Assembly: GCA_016290295.1 (NCBI GenBank)
Contig: JAEETJ010000002.1
Span: 79,583 to 143,582 of the forward strand
Source of the DNA: Bacteroidales bacterium
GTDB lineage: Bacteria; Bacteroidota; Bacteroidia; Bacteroidales; WCHB1-69
Length of the DNA stretch: 64,000 nucleotides
Direction of reading: 5' to 3'
This document shows, one piece after another, positions 1-7,786 of the stretch; position 1 is the stretch's first letter; each line of letters begins with the position of its first letter. The notes beneath the pieces were generated by a model. The model was given only the letters and a program-made list of their open reading frames with translations. It did no database searches and had not been told where the DNA came from. The position numbers and the translations under genes are program-made.

Positions 1-299
1 ACAGAAAAATATGTGCTATGTGGCCAACATCGAACAGTCTTTTTTCAGGTGATGGTTCTGGTATGTCTCTTAATGTCCAATATAAGAATAGTGGAATTTA
101 TTATAATGCGTCTAACAGAACATTAAGCAAAATAATAATCGGCCAAATCGTACTTACTCAATCCGTCAGCACATATCCGGTTGTTTCAGGATTGAATTTT
201 AGGATAGGAATGACTCATTACGGAGGTGATAAATTCTATGGCTGGCTTAGAAATGTCAGGTTGTATATTGGAGAATTCAATCAAAACATGTTGTTATGA
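1..299 (+). CDS. LamG/concanavalin-A-like jelly-roll protein, C-terminal fragment (5' end outside window)
   Basis: The reading frame is open from the window edge. The C-terminus ...DKFYGWLRNVRLYIGEFNQNMLL is paralogous to the C-termini of the next two ORFs. The stop overlaps the next start (ATGA at 296-299). Confidence 0.5.
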   Translation, partial: RKICAMWPTSNSLFSGDGSGMSLNVQYKNSGIYYNASNRTLSKIIIGQIVLTQSVSTYPVVSGLNFRIGMTHYGGDKFYGWLRNVRLYIGEFNQNMLL

Positions 300-913
300 A
301 ACGAGAACAAGATAATATTAGCGAAAATGTTATGCCAGACCTATGGCTGCCGCTGTTGTCTGATACCAAGGATATGATAACTGGTAATTCAGCAATATTG
401 TCAGGTGCCATATCTTTTGGTGACAAAGGTGCTTATTTCAGTAACAGTGCGTATCTCAAATTTAATTCCGGAACGCACAATGTATTGCCACCATCTCTCA
501 GTCAATCGATGACTTTCCTGTGCGATTTTTACAATACATCGTCGTCGGGTCATAATGCGATATTGGTATTCCAAAAAAGCACCTCGGCAAGATTTGTATC
601 GCTGGTATATAATAATCGTCGTTTTGCCGCTGAGAAGATTGGAAGTGGTAACGTTGTGGCCCAATGGACAACAAGTATTAGCCTTAACACTCAATATAAC
701 AATTGCGGGTTTTCTTGGGATGCGGATGAACGCAAATTGTCAGTAATAGTTAATGGGGAAATCAAGTCATCTGCCAATGTCTCGTCACTGCCAGATTACA
801 GCAATCCTCAGATATTGATAGGATGGGCTGACGCATCAGCTAACTATTTCAAAGGATGGTTAAGGAATGTGAGAATATACAATCGGAAATTCAATATTAA
901 TATGTTAATGTAG
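296..913 (+). CDS. LamG/concanavalin-A-like domain protein (phage tail-fibre/receptor-binding candidate), paralog 2
   Basis: 205 aa. C-terminal motif NYFKGWLRNVRIYNRKFNINMLM matches the LamG-type 'F.G.i..vriy' strand. It lies in tandem with paralogs just upstream of the lysis genes. Confidence 0.55.
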   Translation: MKREQDNISENVMPDLWLPLLSDTKDMITGNSAILSGAISFGDKGAYFSNSAYLKFNSGTHNVLPPSLSQSMTFLCDFYNTSSSGHNAILVFQKSTSARFVSLVYNNRRFAAEKIGSGNVVAQWTTSISLNTQYNNCGFSWDADERKLSVIVNGEIKSSANVSSLPDYSNPQILIGWADASANYFKGWLRNVRIYNRKFNINMLM

Positions 914-916
914 GAT

Positions 917-1582
917 ATGAAGAGACAACAAGAAAAAAAAATACAAACAGGTACAGATAGTCATACATTACTGCTTTTGACTGGAGATGATTTTGTTGAC
1001 CATTCCATATACAGCCATACAGTCACCAATAGTGGTGTCACTTTGAGTGGAGAAGTAAGCAGGTTTGGTTCATCTTATCGTTTTGGAGGGTCGGCAAAAA
1101 TAAATGTTGACATCGGAGATAAAAGAATAACAAACGGTGTGTTTACACTCGAAATGTGGATTAAATTGAATGATGTTGTAAAGAGTTATAAATGCGTTGC
1201 GGATTTCTGTAACCACTCAACAATGTATTTTGATGCGTCTGATAATCGAGATGGGACGCTTGTTTTAATGAATGGTGCCGCATCATGGCAAGCATACGGA
1301 TCTGCGATGTATAACGGTTCAGTAGTGCTTAGTACTGATTGGAATCATGTCGCAATAGTAGGTAATGACAGTGGACACAACTGGTTGTATCTGAATGGAA
1401 CGAAACTCACAAGTGGAAATTACTCGTCGAGCACCAATGTCATGAGCATGGCAAACGGGAAAATCCAGTTCGGCAATATAGCACTGAATATGTCAAGATA
1501 TTTCAAAGGTTATATGGAAGAAATACGCCTGTCAAACATTGTACGATATACTGATAATTTTATACCACAAAGTTTAAGATAA
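917..1582 (+). CDS. LamG/concanavalin-A-like domain protein, paralog 3
   Basis: 221 aa. Contains WNHVAIV...LYLNG... and the C-terminal RYFKGYMEEIRLSNIVRY LamG-like strands. Confidence 0.55.
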   Translation: MKRQQEKKIQTGTDSHTLLLLTGDDFVDHSIYSHTVTNSGVTLSGEVSRFGSSYRFGGSAKINVDIGDKRITNGVFTLEMWIKLNDVVKSYKCVADFCNHSTMYFDASDNRDGTLVLMNGAASWQAYGSAMYNGSVVLSTDWNHVAIVGNDSGHNWLYLNGTKLTSGNYSSSTNVMSMANGKIQFGNIALNMSRYFKGYMEEIRLSNIVRYTDNFIPQSLR

Positions 1583-1583
1583 T

Positions 1584-1799
1584 ATGGAAACGATAAATAT
1601 TCTAACAGATAAATGTAAAATCATTGTATTTCTGTCGGCAATGCTGTTGAACGCATTAGTATTCTCATACTCTTATTTTGTAACGCATAAAAGTGAGTGT
1701 GAAACTAAAACAATGCAGTATGAGTTTGCAATTAAAACAATACCTGCCGTTGAAGTTCTACAGTGGTCTTCGGATACAAGCTGGGTAAGTAATTGGTAA
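1584..1799 (+). CDS. Small single-TM phage protein
   Basis: 71 aa with the hydrophobic segment IIVFLSAMLLNALVFSYSYFV. Tightly packed after the LamG genes. Confidence 0.35.
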   Translation: METINILTDKCKIIVFLSAMLLNALVFSYSYFVTHKSECETKTMQYEFAIKTIPAVEVLQWSSDTSWVSNW

Positions 1800-1817
1800 C
1801 TTAAAAAATCAAGAATC

Positions 1818-2078
1818 ATGAACAGAATCAAATTGTTTTTCAAAGCTTGGCTCACCAGAGAAAATATGGTGAAATCTTTAGTTTATTATGCTATCACGCT
1901 GACATTTGGTCTTTATGTGCACTCGTTAATCGCTATGCTTGTTGCTTTTTTACTATCCGTTGGTATTGAGGCTGTGCGTGGAATGAAATCTGTTGAGTGC
2001 AAGTTTAGCTGGGTAAATGTGGTGCTCGCTTTAGTCGGCATAGTGTTAGCAATGGTGATGATGTTTTTAAAATTTTAA
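1818..2078 (+). CDS. Holin-like two-TM protein
   Basis: 86 aa with two hydrophobic helices (LVYYAITLTFGLYVHSLIAMLVAFLL; VNVVLALVGIVLAMVMMFL). It ends 5 nt before the endolysin gene. Confidence 0.45.
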   Translation: MNRIKLFFKAWLTRENMVKSLVYYAITLTFGLYVHSLIAMLVAFLLSVGIEAVRGMKSVECKFSWVNVVLALVGIVLAMVMMFLKF

Positions 2079-2083
2079 CAACA

Positions 2084-2698
2084 ATGGCAGATGTGAGGAA
2101 GCTTGCGCCGATAATACTTAAATGGGAGGCTGGCGCTCTCCCATATAATACCGTCAAAATAGATGGTGTAACCGTACAAAAGCAAATATCACTTGAGGAA
2201 CAATGGTGTAAGGCTGTGAAGAAAGGTTTTAGTGACCACCCTAATGACACTGGTGGTGCTACTATGTGTGGTATCACTATTAAGACATACCAGTCCTATT
2301 GCAATAAGAAGGGAAAGCGGACACCTACAGTTGAAGACCTGAAAGGCATAACGCTATGCGAGTGGATGGACATTTTGAAGATGCTGTACTGGGACAGAAT
2401 GAAGGCTGACAATATCATTAATCAGTCTATCGCTAACCTTTGTGTTGACAACGTTTGGGGCAGTGGTGCGGGATACATCAAGAATATCCAGAGGGTGTTG
2501 GGAGTTACTGCGGATGGTATTGTTGGTAACCAGACACTTTCCGCTATAAATGGTCATCCCGATAAGCGTGACTTGTTTGGAAGACTGTGGGAGAAGCGCA
2601 GGTTATACTACCTCAATCTTACGGTTTCGAGGCCCGCCAACAATGTCTTTCTTAAAGGGTGGATGAACAGGTTGTATGACTATAAGTATTCAGAATAG
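2084..2698 (+). CDS. Phage endolysin, glycoside hydrolase family 108 N-acetylmuramidase with C-terminal PG_binding_3-like domain
   Basis: N-terminal ILKWEAG...NDTGGATMCGIT matches the GH108 signature (..WEGG...D.GG.T..GI). The C-terminal ..VLGVTADGIVGNQTLSAIN.. resembles a peptidoglycan-binding repeat. Confidence 0.8.
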   Translation: MADVRKLAPIILKWEAGALPYNTVKIDGVTVQKQISLEEQWCKAVKKGFSDHPNDTGGATMCGITIKTYQSYCNKKGKRTPTVEDLKGITLCEWMDILKMLYWDRMKADNIINQSIANLCVDNVWGSGAGYIKNIQRVLGVTADGIVGNQTLSAINGHPDKRDLFGRLWEKRRLYYLNLTVSRPANNVFLKGWMNRLYDYKYSE

Positions 2699-2707
2699 GA
2701 GGTGGTT

Positions 2708-3184
2708 ATGGAAGACTGGAAGTTGAAATTATTAGAAATTGTGTTAAGCGCGACAGTCATTGGTTTTATCTTCAAGGCTATAGACCTTATCAGATACAAG
2801 AAACAGGATAAAAAGCTTAAAAAAGATGAAGTTGACAAGGCGGAAGTGGAAACAGACAGAAAGCAAATAGACCTTGGCGATTTGTTCCTTGAGAAATCTC
2901 AAAAATGGAGCGAAATCATAGAGTCTAACTCAATGAAGATGATGAAGATTATGGAGAAGATGGATCAGGATAAGGTGGAAAGGGATAAGGATTGGACAGA
3001 GCTAAAGAAAGACATGGAATATGTCAAAACTGAAATCGGGAATTTGGTTGAATACAATAATGGTGGTTATCAGGATTTTTTAAAGAATAAATATGGGCGT
3101 AAAAAAACGACACCAATGCCGAAGCGCAGAGGTTATGAGAGAAAAGACGTGCGAGACGTGCAGACACTCGGCACCAATAACTGA
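2708..3184 (+). CDS. N-terminally membrane-anchored coiled-coil protein (spanin-like position)
   Basis: TM segment LLEIVLSATVIGFIFKAI is followed by a K/E/D-rich helical region. It lies directly after the endolysin. The ATG at 2708 is preferred over the GTG at 2702. Confidence 0.45.
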   Translation: MEDWKLKLLEIVLSATVIGFIFKAIDLIRYKKQDKKLKKDEVDKAEVETDRKQIDLGDLFLEKSQKWSEIIESNSMKMMKIMEKMDQDKVERDKDWTELKKDMEYVKTEIGNLVEYNNGGYQDFLKNKYGRKKTTPMPKRRGYERKDVRDVQTLGTNN

Positions 3185-3293
3185 CAGATGGATAGGGTAT
3201 GACGGGAAGCCTACCATGTGCAAATGCGACTTCTCGAAATTCTCAATGCTGTATTTCAAACCGTGTGAGAACGGAGGTTGGGAGGCGAGATGA
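3135..3293 (+). CDS. Small Cys-rich (zinc-ribbon-like) protein; start uncertain (3093 or 3135)
   Basis: Contains CETCRH..x18..CKCD..x14..C. It overlaps the 3' end of the previous ORF in another frame, and its stop overlaps the next start (ATGA 3290-3293). Confidence 0.3.
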   Translation: MREKTCETCRHSAPITDRWIGYDGKPTMCKCDFSKFSMLYFKPCENGGWEAR

Positions 3294-3589
3294 TGGAAAA
3301 AAAGAGAATATTCATTGCAGGTGCTTTTAATGTGTCTGATTATGATGATACGTGTAGGCGATTCAATGATATTGATGAGATGATAATGATGCGTGGCGAC
3401 GTTCCTGTCAATCCTGTGTGGTTCTGCGATCCTTCGGGTAGTTTTGAGGGGAACATGAGAATTTGTCTAAAGCATTTGGTTGATTGCGATGGGATATACA
3501 TGCTTAAGGGATGGGAAAAATGCAGAATGGCAAAGATGGCGCACTTTGTCGCATTGAAACTTAAATTAAAAATAGAACTTGAGAAATGA
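3290..3589 (+). CDS. DUF4406 (nucleoside 2-deoxyribosyltransferase-like) phage protein
   Basis: RIFIAGAF...VNPV...LVDCDGIYMLKGWEKCRMAKMAHFVALKL matches the DUF4406 pattern (IYIAGPM.. / ..CDaiymLpGWe.S.GA..E). Start set at the ATGA-coupled ATG at 3290. Confidence 0.65.
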   Translation: MMEKKRIFIAGAFNVSDYDDTCRRFNDIDEMIMMRGDVPVNPVWFCDPSGSFEGNMRICLKHLVDCDGIYMLKGWEKCRMAKMAHFVALKLKLKIELEK

Positions 3590-4140
3590 AAGGGATGTTA
3601 ATTAAACTGCTGCTGCTCGTTGTGATGGTGGCAGCTATCGTGGCGCTTATTTTGGTAACGGTATGGCAGTCAAAGGAGATTGCGAGGCTTCGAGAAAATT
3701 TCATAACAGAAGTTAATGGTGAGCGTGATGTCCAGCAGACAATAACAAAAGACGAACTTAAAAAATTGTTCTCGGAGGAAGTTGAGAAGTTGAAAGAATA
3801 CGGAATAAAACCGAGACAGGTAGAGAATGTGATAAATGTTGAATATCATTACATAGACACTTTGCGTTATCGTGACACACTTGTATGGGTTTATGACACT
3901 TCAAAAAAAAGCATTTGCACACCGTTCTCGGTCAGTGCTGAGTGCTACACAATTGACGGTGAGATAGTCGGAGACACACTTGAAATCACACGTCACACGT
4001 CAAATGACGAGATACTGGTGTCGCTTTACAAGGAGAAAAGAAAGTGCATATTCTCAAAGCGAAGGGTCAAAGCTATTGCGATAAGTGCATGCAAGGGTGA
4101 CACACTGTCTGTAATCAGGAATTTGAAGATAGGAAGATGA
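3586..4140 (+). CDS. Membrane-anchored phage protein of unknown function
   Basis: 184 aa with the N-terminal TM LIKLLLLVVMVAAIVALILVTVW. ATGA overlaps at both ends. Confidence 0.5.
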   Translation: MKGMLIKLLLLVVMVAAIVALILVTVWQSKEIARLRENFITEVNGERDVQQTITKDELKKLFSEEVEKLKEYGIKPRQVENVINVEYHYIDTLRYRDTLVWVYDTSKKSICTPFSVSAECYTIDGEIVGDTLEITRHTSNDEILVSLYKEKRKCIFSKRRVKAIAISACKGDTLSVIRNLKIGR

Positions 4141-4484
4141 GACATATAGAAGAGAATATACAGATGGCTTGCGTAAAGTGGTTTGAATACCAATACCCGC
4201 AGTACTCAAGGTTGTTGCACCATTCTCCAAATGGAGGGTTCCGTAACAGCAGGGAAGCCGGTCGGTTCAAGGCGATGGGTACAAGGGCCGGGTTCGCCGA
4301 CCTCGTCCTGCTGCTTCCTCGCCATGGCTTCCATGCGCTGTTCATTGAGATGAAAACAGCGAAAGGAACGCAGTCGGAATCGCAAAAAACATTCCAGAAA
4401 TCTGTGACGGAAGCAGGGTATGATTACAGGATTTGTCGTGGGTTTGAGGAATTCACTGCAATAATTGCCGAGTATCTGTTGTGA
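4137..4484 (+). CDS. VRR-NUC domain nuclease
   Basis: GFADLVLLLPRHGFHALFIEMKTAKGTQSESQKTFQ matches the VRR-NUC core (G.PDl.l......fiEvK...G.ls..Q). Confidence 0.8.
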   Translation: MRHIEENIQMACVKWFEYQYPQYSRLLHHSPNGGFRNSREAGRFKAMGTRAGFADLVLLLPRHGFHALFIEMKTAKGTQSESQKTFQKSVTEAGYDYRICRGFEEFTAIIAEYLL

Positions 4485-4588
4485 TTTGTTATCAAAAGTT
4501 TTGTATATTTGCACGAAATTTGACTCAAGGCTCTCGGCGAACCGTACTATGTTGTTTTGTGAATGCGCTTTGTGTGTTCACAAAGTAA

Positions 4589-4615
4589 AGGAGAGGACAA
4601 AACCTCTCCTTTTTC
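4589..4615 (+). terminator. Rho-independent terminator closing the phage operon
   Basis: Stem AGGAGAGG / CCTCTCCT with loop ACAAAA, followed by TTTT. Confidence 0.55.
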
Positions 4616-4995
4616 ATTGTGGAAACCCGCTATGAGAAACAAATGGCGGTAAACAACACAGTTATGGAAACAGCATGTAATACCAAGTGCGGATTTTCAT
4701 GTGGCAAATGTAGTGAAAAATGCCAATATTTCAAGTTTAAATTTGATTTTATATAACTATATTTATATAAAACACATTATATAAATACATTACATTTTTG
4801 ATAAAATTCTAAATAATGTATTTTATATTGATTTTTTCGTTATATTTGTAGTGAAAAATCAACAATATAAATATATGTATAAGAGTGAGTTTTACAGGCA
4901 GGCAGAAAAAGCCAGGAAACAAGCCAGGAATATTGTGCTGATGTCATTGGCACTGATATTGTTTTTTACTGTTGTCGTTTTAATTGTAAGTTGAT

Positions 4996-5550
4996 ATGAA
5001 AAGTGTGGATTACAGACGTTTGGTTATTGAGATATTCGTGTTCTCTCAGATAACACGTGATTTGATGGTTGAGTTCGGTAACCTTCCTGTTGTAAAGGAG
5101 CGTTTCAGATATGAGACAAGCAATGTAAACGAAAGGCTTGAGCGTATGCGAAAGCGTTTGCGCAGGGTTCTCCCACGTGAGACATTCGATGAGTTTGAGG
5201 GTATGATATGCGATATTGTTGACTCGTGCGAAAAAAACGTTAGGAAGGTACGTCTTGACTTACGCACGGAAATGGTCAACAAGGTACGCTGGAACCAAGT
5301 GGAGGCAGCCATACTCATAGGAATGATTGGAGGTTTTATTGACGTTGTAAACCAAATAAGCAAATGTCTTTCTGGTAAGGAGGACTCGGATTGTGTTGAG
5401 ACTCTTCGTTATTTGAGGTACATAGATACCCACATCGGTTTTGAGGCTATGAATGCGGGTGTGGAGCCGGATTACGAGAAATGCAAGGACTCAATGATAA
5501 AGATGTATGACAGTATAGGAGCCGAGGTGTCCGCATGGCTGGCCGCTTGA
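4996..5550 (+). CDS. Hypothetical protein (separate cargo/moron-like unit at the phage end)
   Basis: 184-aa ORF downstream of a terminator and an extremely AT-rich region with a TAtaTTTG box. No recognisable domain. Confidence 0.5.
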   Translation: MKSVDYRRLVIEIFVFSQITRDLMVEFGNLPVVKERFRYETSNVNERLERMRKRLRRVLPRETFDEFEGMICDIVDSCEKNVRKVRLDLRTEMVNKVRWNQVEAAILIGMIGGFIDVVNQISKCLSGKEDSDCVETLRYLRYIDTHIGFEAMNAGVEPDYEKCKDSMIKMYDSIGAEVSAWLAA

Positions 5551-5652
5551 TAATCCAAAAATTTCGTCATTGAAGTTTCTACACAGCGTGTTTGTCTTTC
5601 AGAACTGTAAAAATCATATTTATTCCCTGTTTATTCCCTCTATAAAAAGAAA

Positions 5653-5685
5653 AAGGCTGCAATTTGTTTGCAACCTTTTGTGTTT
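5653..5685. terminator. Hairpin terminator between the phage end and the tRNA (best T-run on the minus strand, i.e. for the tRNA)
   Basis: AAGGCTGCAA / TTGCAACCTT stem with one mismatch. On the minus strand it is followed by TTTTTCTTTTTT. Confidence 0.45.
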
Positions 5686-5690
5686 CAGGG

Positions 5691-5764
5691 TGGTCCCACT
5701 CGGGCTCGAACCAAGGACCCGCTGATTATGAGTCAGCTGCTCTAACCAACTGAGCTATGGGACC
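5691..5764 (-). tRNA. tRNA with CAT anticodon (elongator Met, or Ile2 if lysidine-modified)
   Basis: The reverse complement GGTCCCATAGCTCAGTTGGTTAGAGCAGCTGACTCATAATCAGCGGGTCCTTGGTTCGAGCCCGAGTGGGACCA folds as a cloverleaf. Acceptor GGTCCCA/TGGGACC, anticodon stem GCTGA/TCAGC, loop CTCATAA. CCA is not encoded. A TAtTTTTG box lies upstream. Confidence 0.9.
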
Positions 5765-5968
5765 TGCTTTTGAAAAGCGGATGCAAAAATACAAAAATTT
5801 TCAATACCTCCAACATCCTTGTCGGGAAATGTTTTTTTCTTGTTTCATGGCTTTTTTTTGTTGAATATCTGCAAAAAAATCTTATTTTTGCATCACCGTA
5901 CAGGAGTGTTTTGTGTGGACGGATATGGCTATTTGCATGATAATTATGCACATTCAATATAAGTCAAT

Positions 5969-7672
5969 ATGACCTTATTCACTTTCTTGAAACTTTTAGG
6001 CTGCCTGGCTCTGCTGATGTTTGGTATGAAGATGATGAGCGAGGCACTGCAAAAGCTGACTGGTGGCGGCTTGCGTAAGGTGCTCGGCACCATGACCACC
6101 AATCGTGTAACAGGTATTTTTACGGGAGCCCTCGTAACCACTGCTGTGCAGTCATCCACTGCCACCACTGTGATGACGGTAAGCTTTGTCAATGCGGGAC
6201 TGCTAACCTTAAGCCAGGCCATTTCGGTCATCATGGGTGCTAATATCGGTACTACTGTGACCGCATGGATTATTGCCCTATTTGGCTTCAGTATTCCCAT
6301 GTCCGCTTTGGTTTTTCCTTTGTTTGCTCTGGGTTTGGCCATGTCGTATATGAAAAGCACTGGTGCCAAATCGTTCGGTGAGTTCATCTTCGGCTTTTCC
6401 TTCCTGTTCTTGGGTATCGCCACCTTACGAGAGAATGCCATTGCCATGGACTTGCCGCATAATGAGTTTGTGATGAGCTTCTTTACTTCAACGGCAAAAT
6501 TAGGTTTTCTTTCCTACCTTATTTTCATGTTGATTGGTGGTGTACTGACAGTTTGTGTGCAGTCGTCCGTGGCTATCATGGCTATTACCATGATCCTCTG
6601 CTCTACGGGTGTGGCCGATATTTATCAGGGCATAGCTTTGGTGCTTGGCGAAAATATAGGTACGACTGTTACCTCCAACATTGTGGCGTTGAAAGCCAGT
6701 CCGTCTGCCCGTCGTGCTGCCCTCTCGCACCTGACTTTCAACATGTTTGGTGTATGCTGGGTGCTGCTGGTCTTCCGTCCGTTCATCTCTTTGGTCTGTT
6801 CCATAGTGGGCTATGATACCAAAGCGGATGTGTCGCAAGATCCGAATGCCGCAGAGCGTATCAATTATGCCTTGTGTGCTTTCCATACCGCTTTCAATGT
6901 GTGTAATGTGCTGATATTGGTGTGGTTTATTCCTCTTCTTGAGAAATTTGTCTGTAAGGTTATCAAAGGCGGTGAAGAAGACGAGGATATGCGCCTGCGC
7001 TTCATCTCGGGTGGTCTGCTTTCCACCGCCGAGCTGTCATTGCTCGAAGCCCGTAAGGAAATCAACCATTTTGCCATGCGTGCCCACCGTATGTTTGGCT
7101 TCGTGCCCGAATTGCTGAAACTGGAAAATGGCGACGAGTTCTCCAAATTGTTTGCCCGTATAGAGAAATATGAAGGTATTAGCGACAATATGGAGGTGGA
7201 AATCGCCAATTACCTGAACCGTGTGGCGGAAGGGAAGTTGAGTGGTGAAAGTAAGATGCAGATTCGCTGTATGTTGCGTGAGATCTCTGAAATAGAAAGT
7301 ATTTGTGATAGCTGCTACAATATGAGCCGTGTCATCAATAGGAAGTTCAAAGCTAAAGAGCGTTTCACCGAAGATCAGTTAGGTCATATCCGCCATATGT
7401 GGGGACTTTGTGATCAGGCTTTGACCCAAATGGAGAAGATTTTAGCCGATTCAGATAATCTGGTGGATCCACACGAGTCCTTGAATATTGAGAATGAAAT
7501 TAATATTTATCGTACCCAGCTGAAAGAGAATAATGTGGTGGATATCAACGAAAAGAAATACGATTATCAGACGGGTGTGAACTACATGGACATTATCGGC
7601 GATAGCGAGAAATTAGGCGACTATGCCATCAATGTGGTTGAAGCACATACGCAAGTGAAACTCACCACTTAA
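5969..7672 (+). CDS. Na/Pi cotransporter family protein with C-terminal PhoU-like region
   Basis: MFGMKMMSEALQKLTGG.LRKVL...TGALVTTAVQSSTATTVM, with a second QSSVA repeat, is the Na/Pi-cotransporter II-related signature. Confidence 0.85.
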   Translation: MTLFTFLKLLGCLALLMFGMKMMSEALQKLTGGGLRKVLGTMTTNRVTGIFTGALVTTAVQSSTATTVMTVSFVNAGLLTLSQAISVIMGANIGTTVTAWIIALFGFSIPMSALVFPLFALGLAMSYMKSTGAKSFGEFIFGFSFLFLGIATLRENAIAMDLPHNEFVMSFFTSTAKLGFLSYLIFMLIGGVLTVCVQSSVAIMAITMILCSTGVADIYQGIALVLGENIGTTVTSNIVALKASPSARRAALSHLTFNMFGVCWVLLVFRPFISLVCSIVGYDTKADVSQDPNAAERINYALCAFHTAFNVCNVLILVWFIPLLEKFVCKVIKGGEEDEDMRLRFISGGLLSTAELSLLEARKEINHFAMRAHRMFGFVPELLKLENGDEFSKLFARIEKYEGISDNMEVEIANYLNRVAEGKLSGESKMQIRCMLREISEIESICDSCYNMSRVINRKFKAKERFTEDQLGHIRHMWGLCDQALTQMEKILADSDNLVDPHESLNIENEINIYRTQLKENNVVDINEKKYDYQTGVNYMDIIGDSEKLGDYAINVVEAHTQVKLTT

Positions 7673-7786
7673 CAGTTGATAATTTATAATTGATAATTGA
7701 CAATTGACAATTATTCAAATTTACGCTATTCATTGTTCACTATTCATTATTAATTATTAATTGTAAATTGTAAATTGTAAACTGTC
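7673..7786. repeat. Heptad-phased intergenic spacer (about 16 consecutive 7-nt words from stop to next start)
   Basis: cagttga|taattta|taattga|taattga|caattga|caattat|tcaaatt|tacgcta|ttcattg|ttcacta|ttcatta|ttaatta|ttaattg|taaattg|taaattg|taaactg|tc-ATG. Confidence 0.85.

Larger units (their letters stand above)
1..5550 (+). mobile_element. Partial prophage / phage-derived region (tail-fibre-like LamG paralogs, lysis cassette, DUF4406, VRR-NUC, cargo cassette); continues upstream of the window
   Basis: All genes are on the + strand and many are linked by ATGA start/stop overlaps (296, 3290, 3586, 4137). GH108 endolysin, holin-like TM proteins, DUF4406 and VRR-NUC are typical phage genes. The region ends next to a tRNA gene. 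Confidence 0.6.

Noticed and set aside
3093-3293. Embedded o-spanin (Rz1-like) interpretation of the overlapping ORF.
   Set aside because: There is no signal peptide or lipobox. The product is Cys-rich and polar, so a spanin role is not supported.
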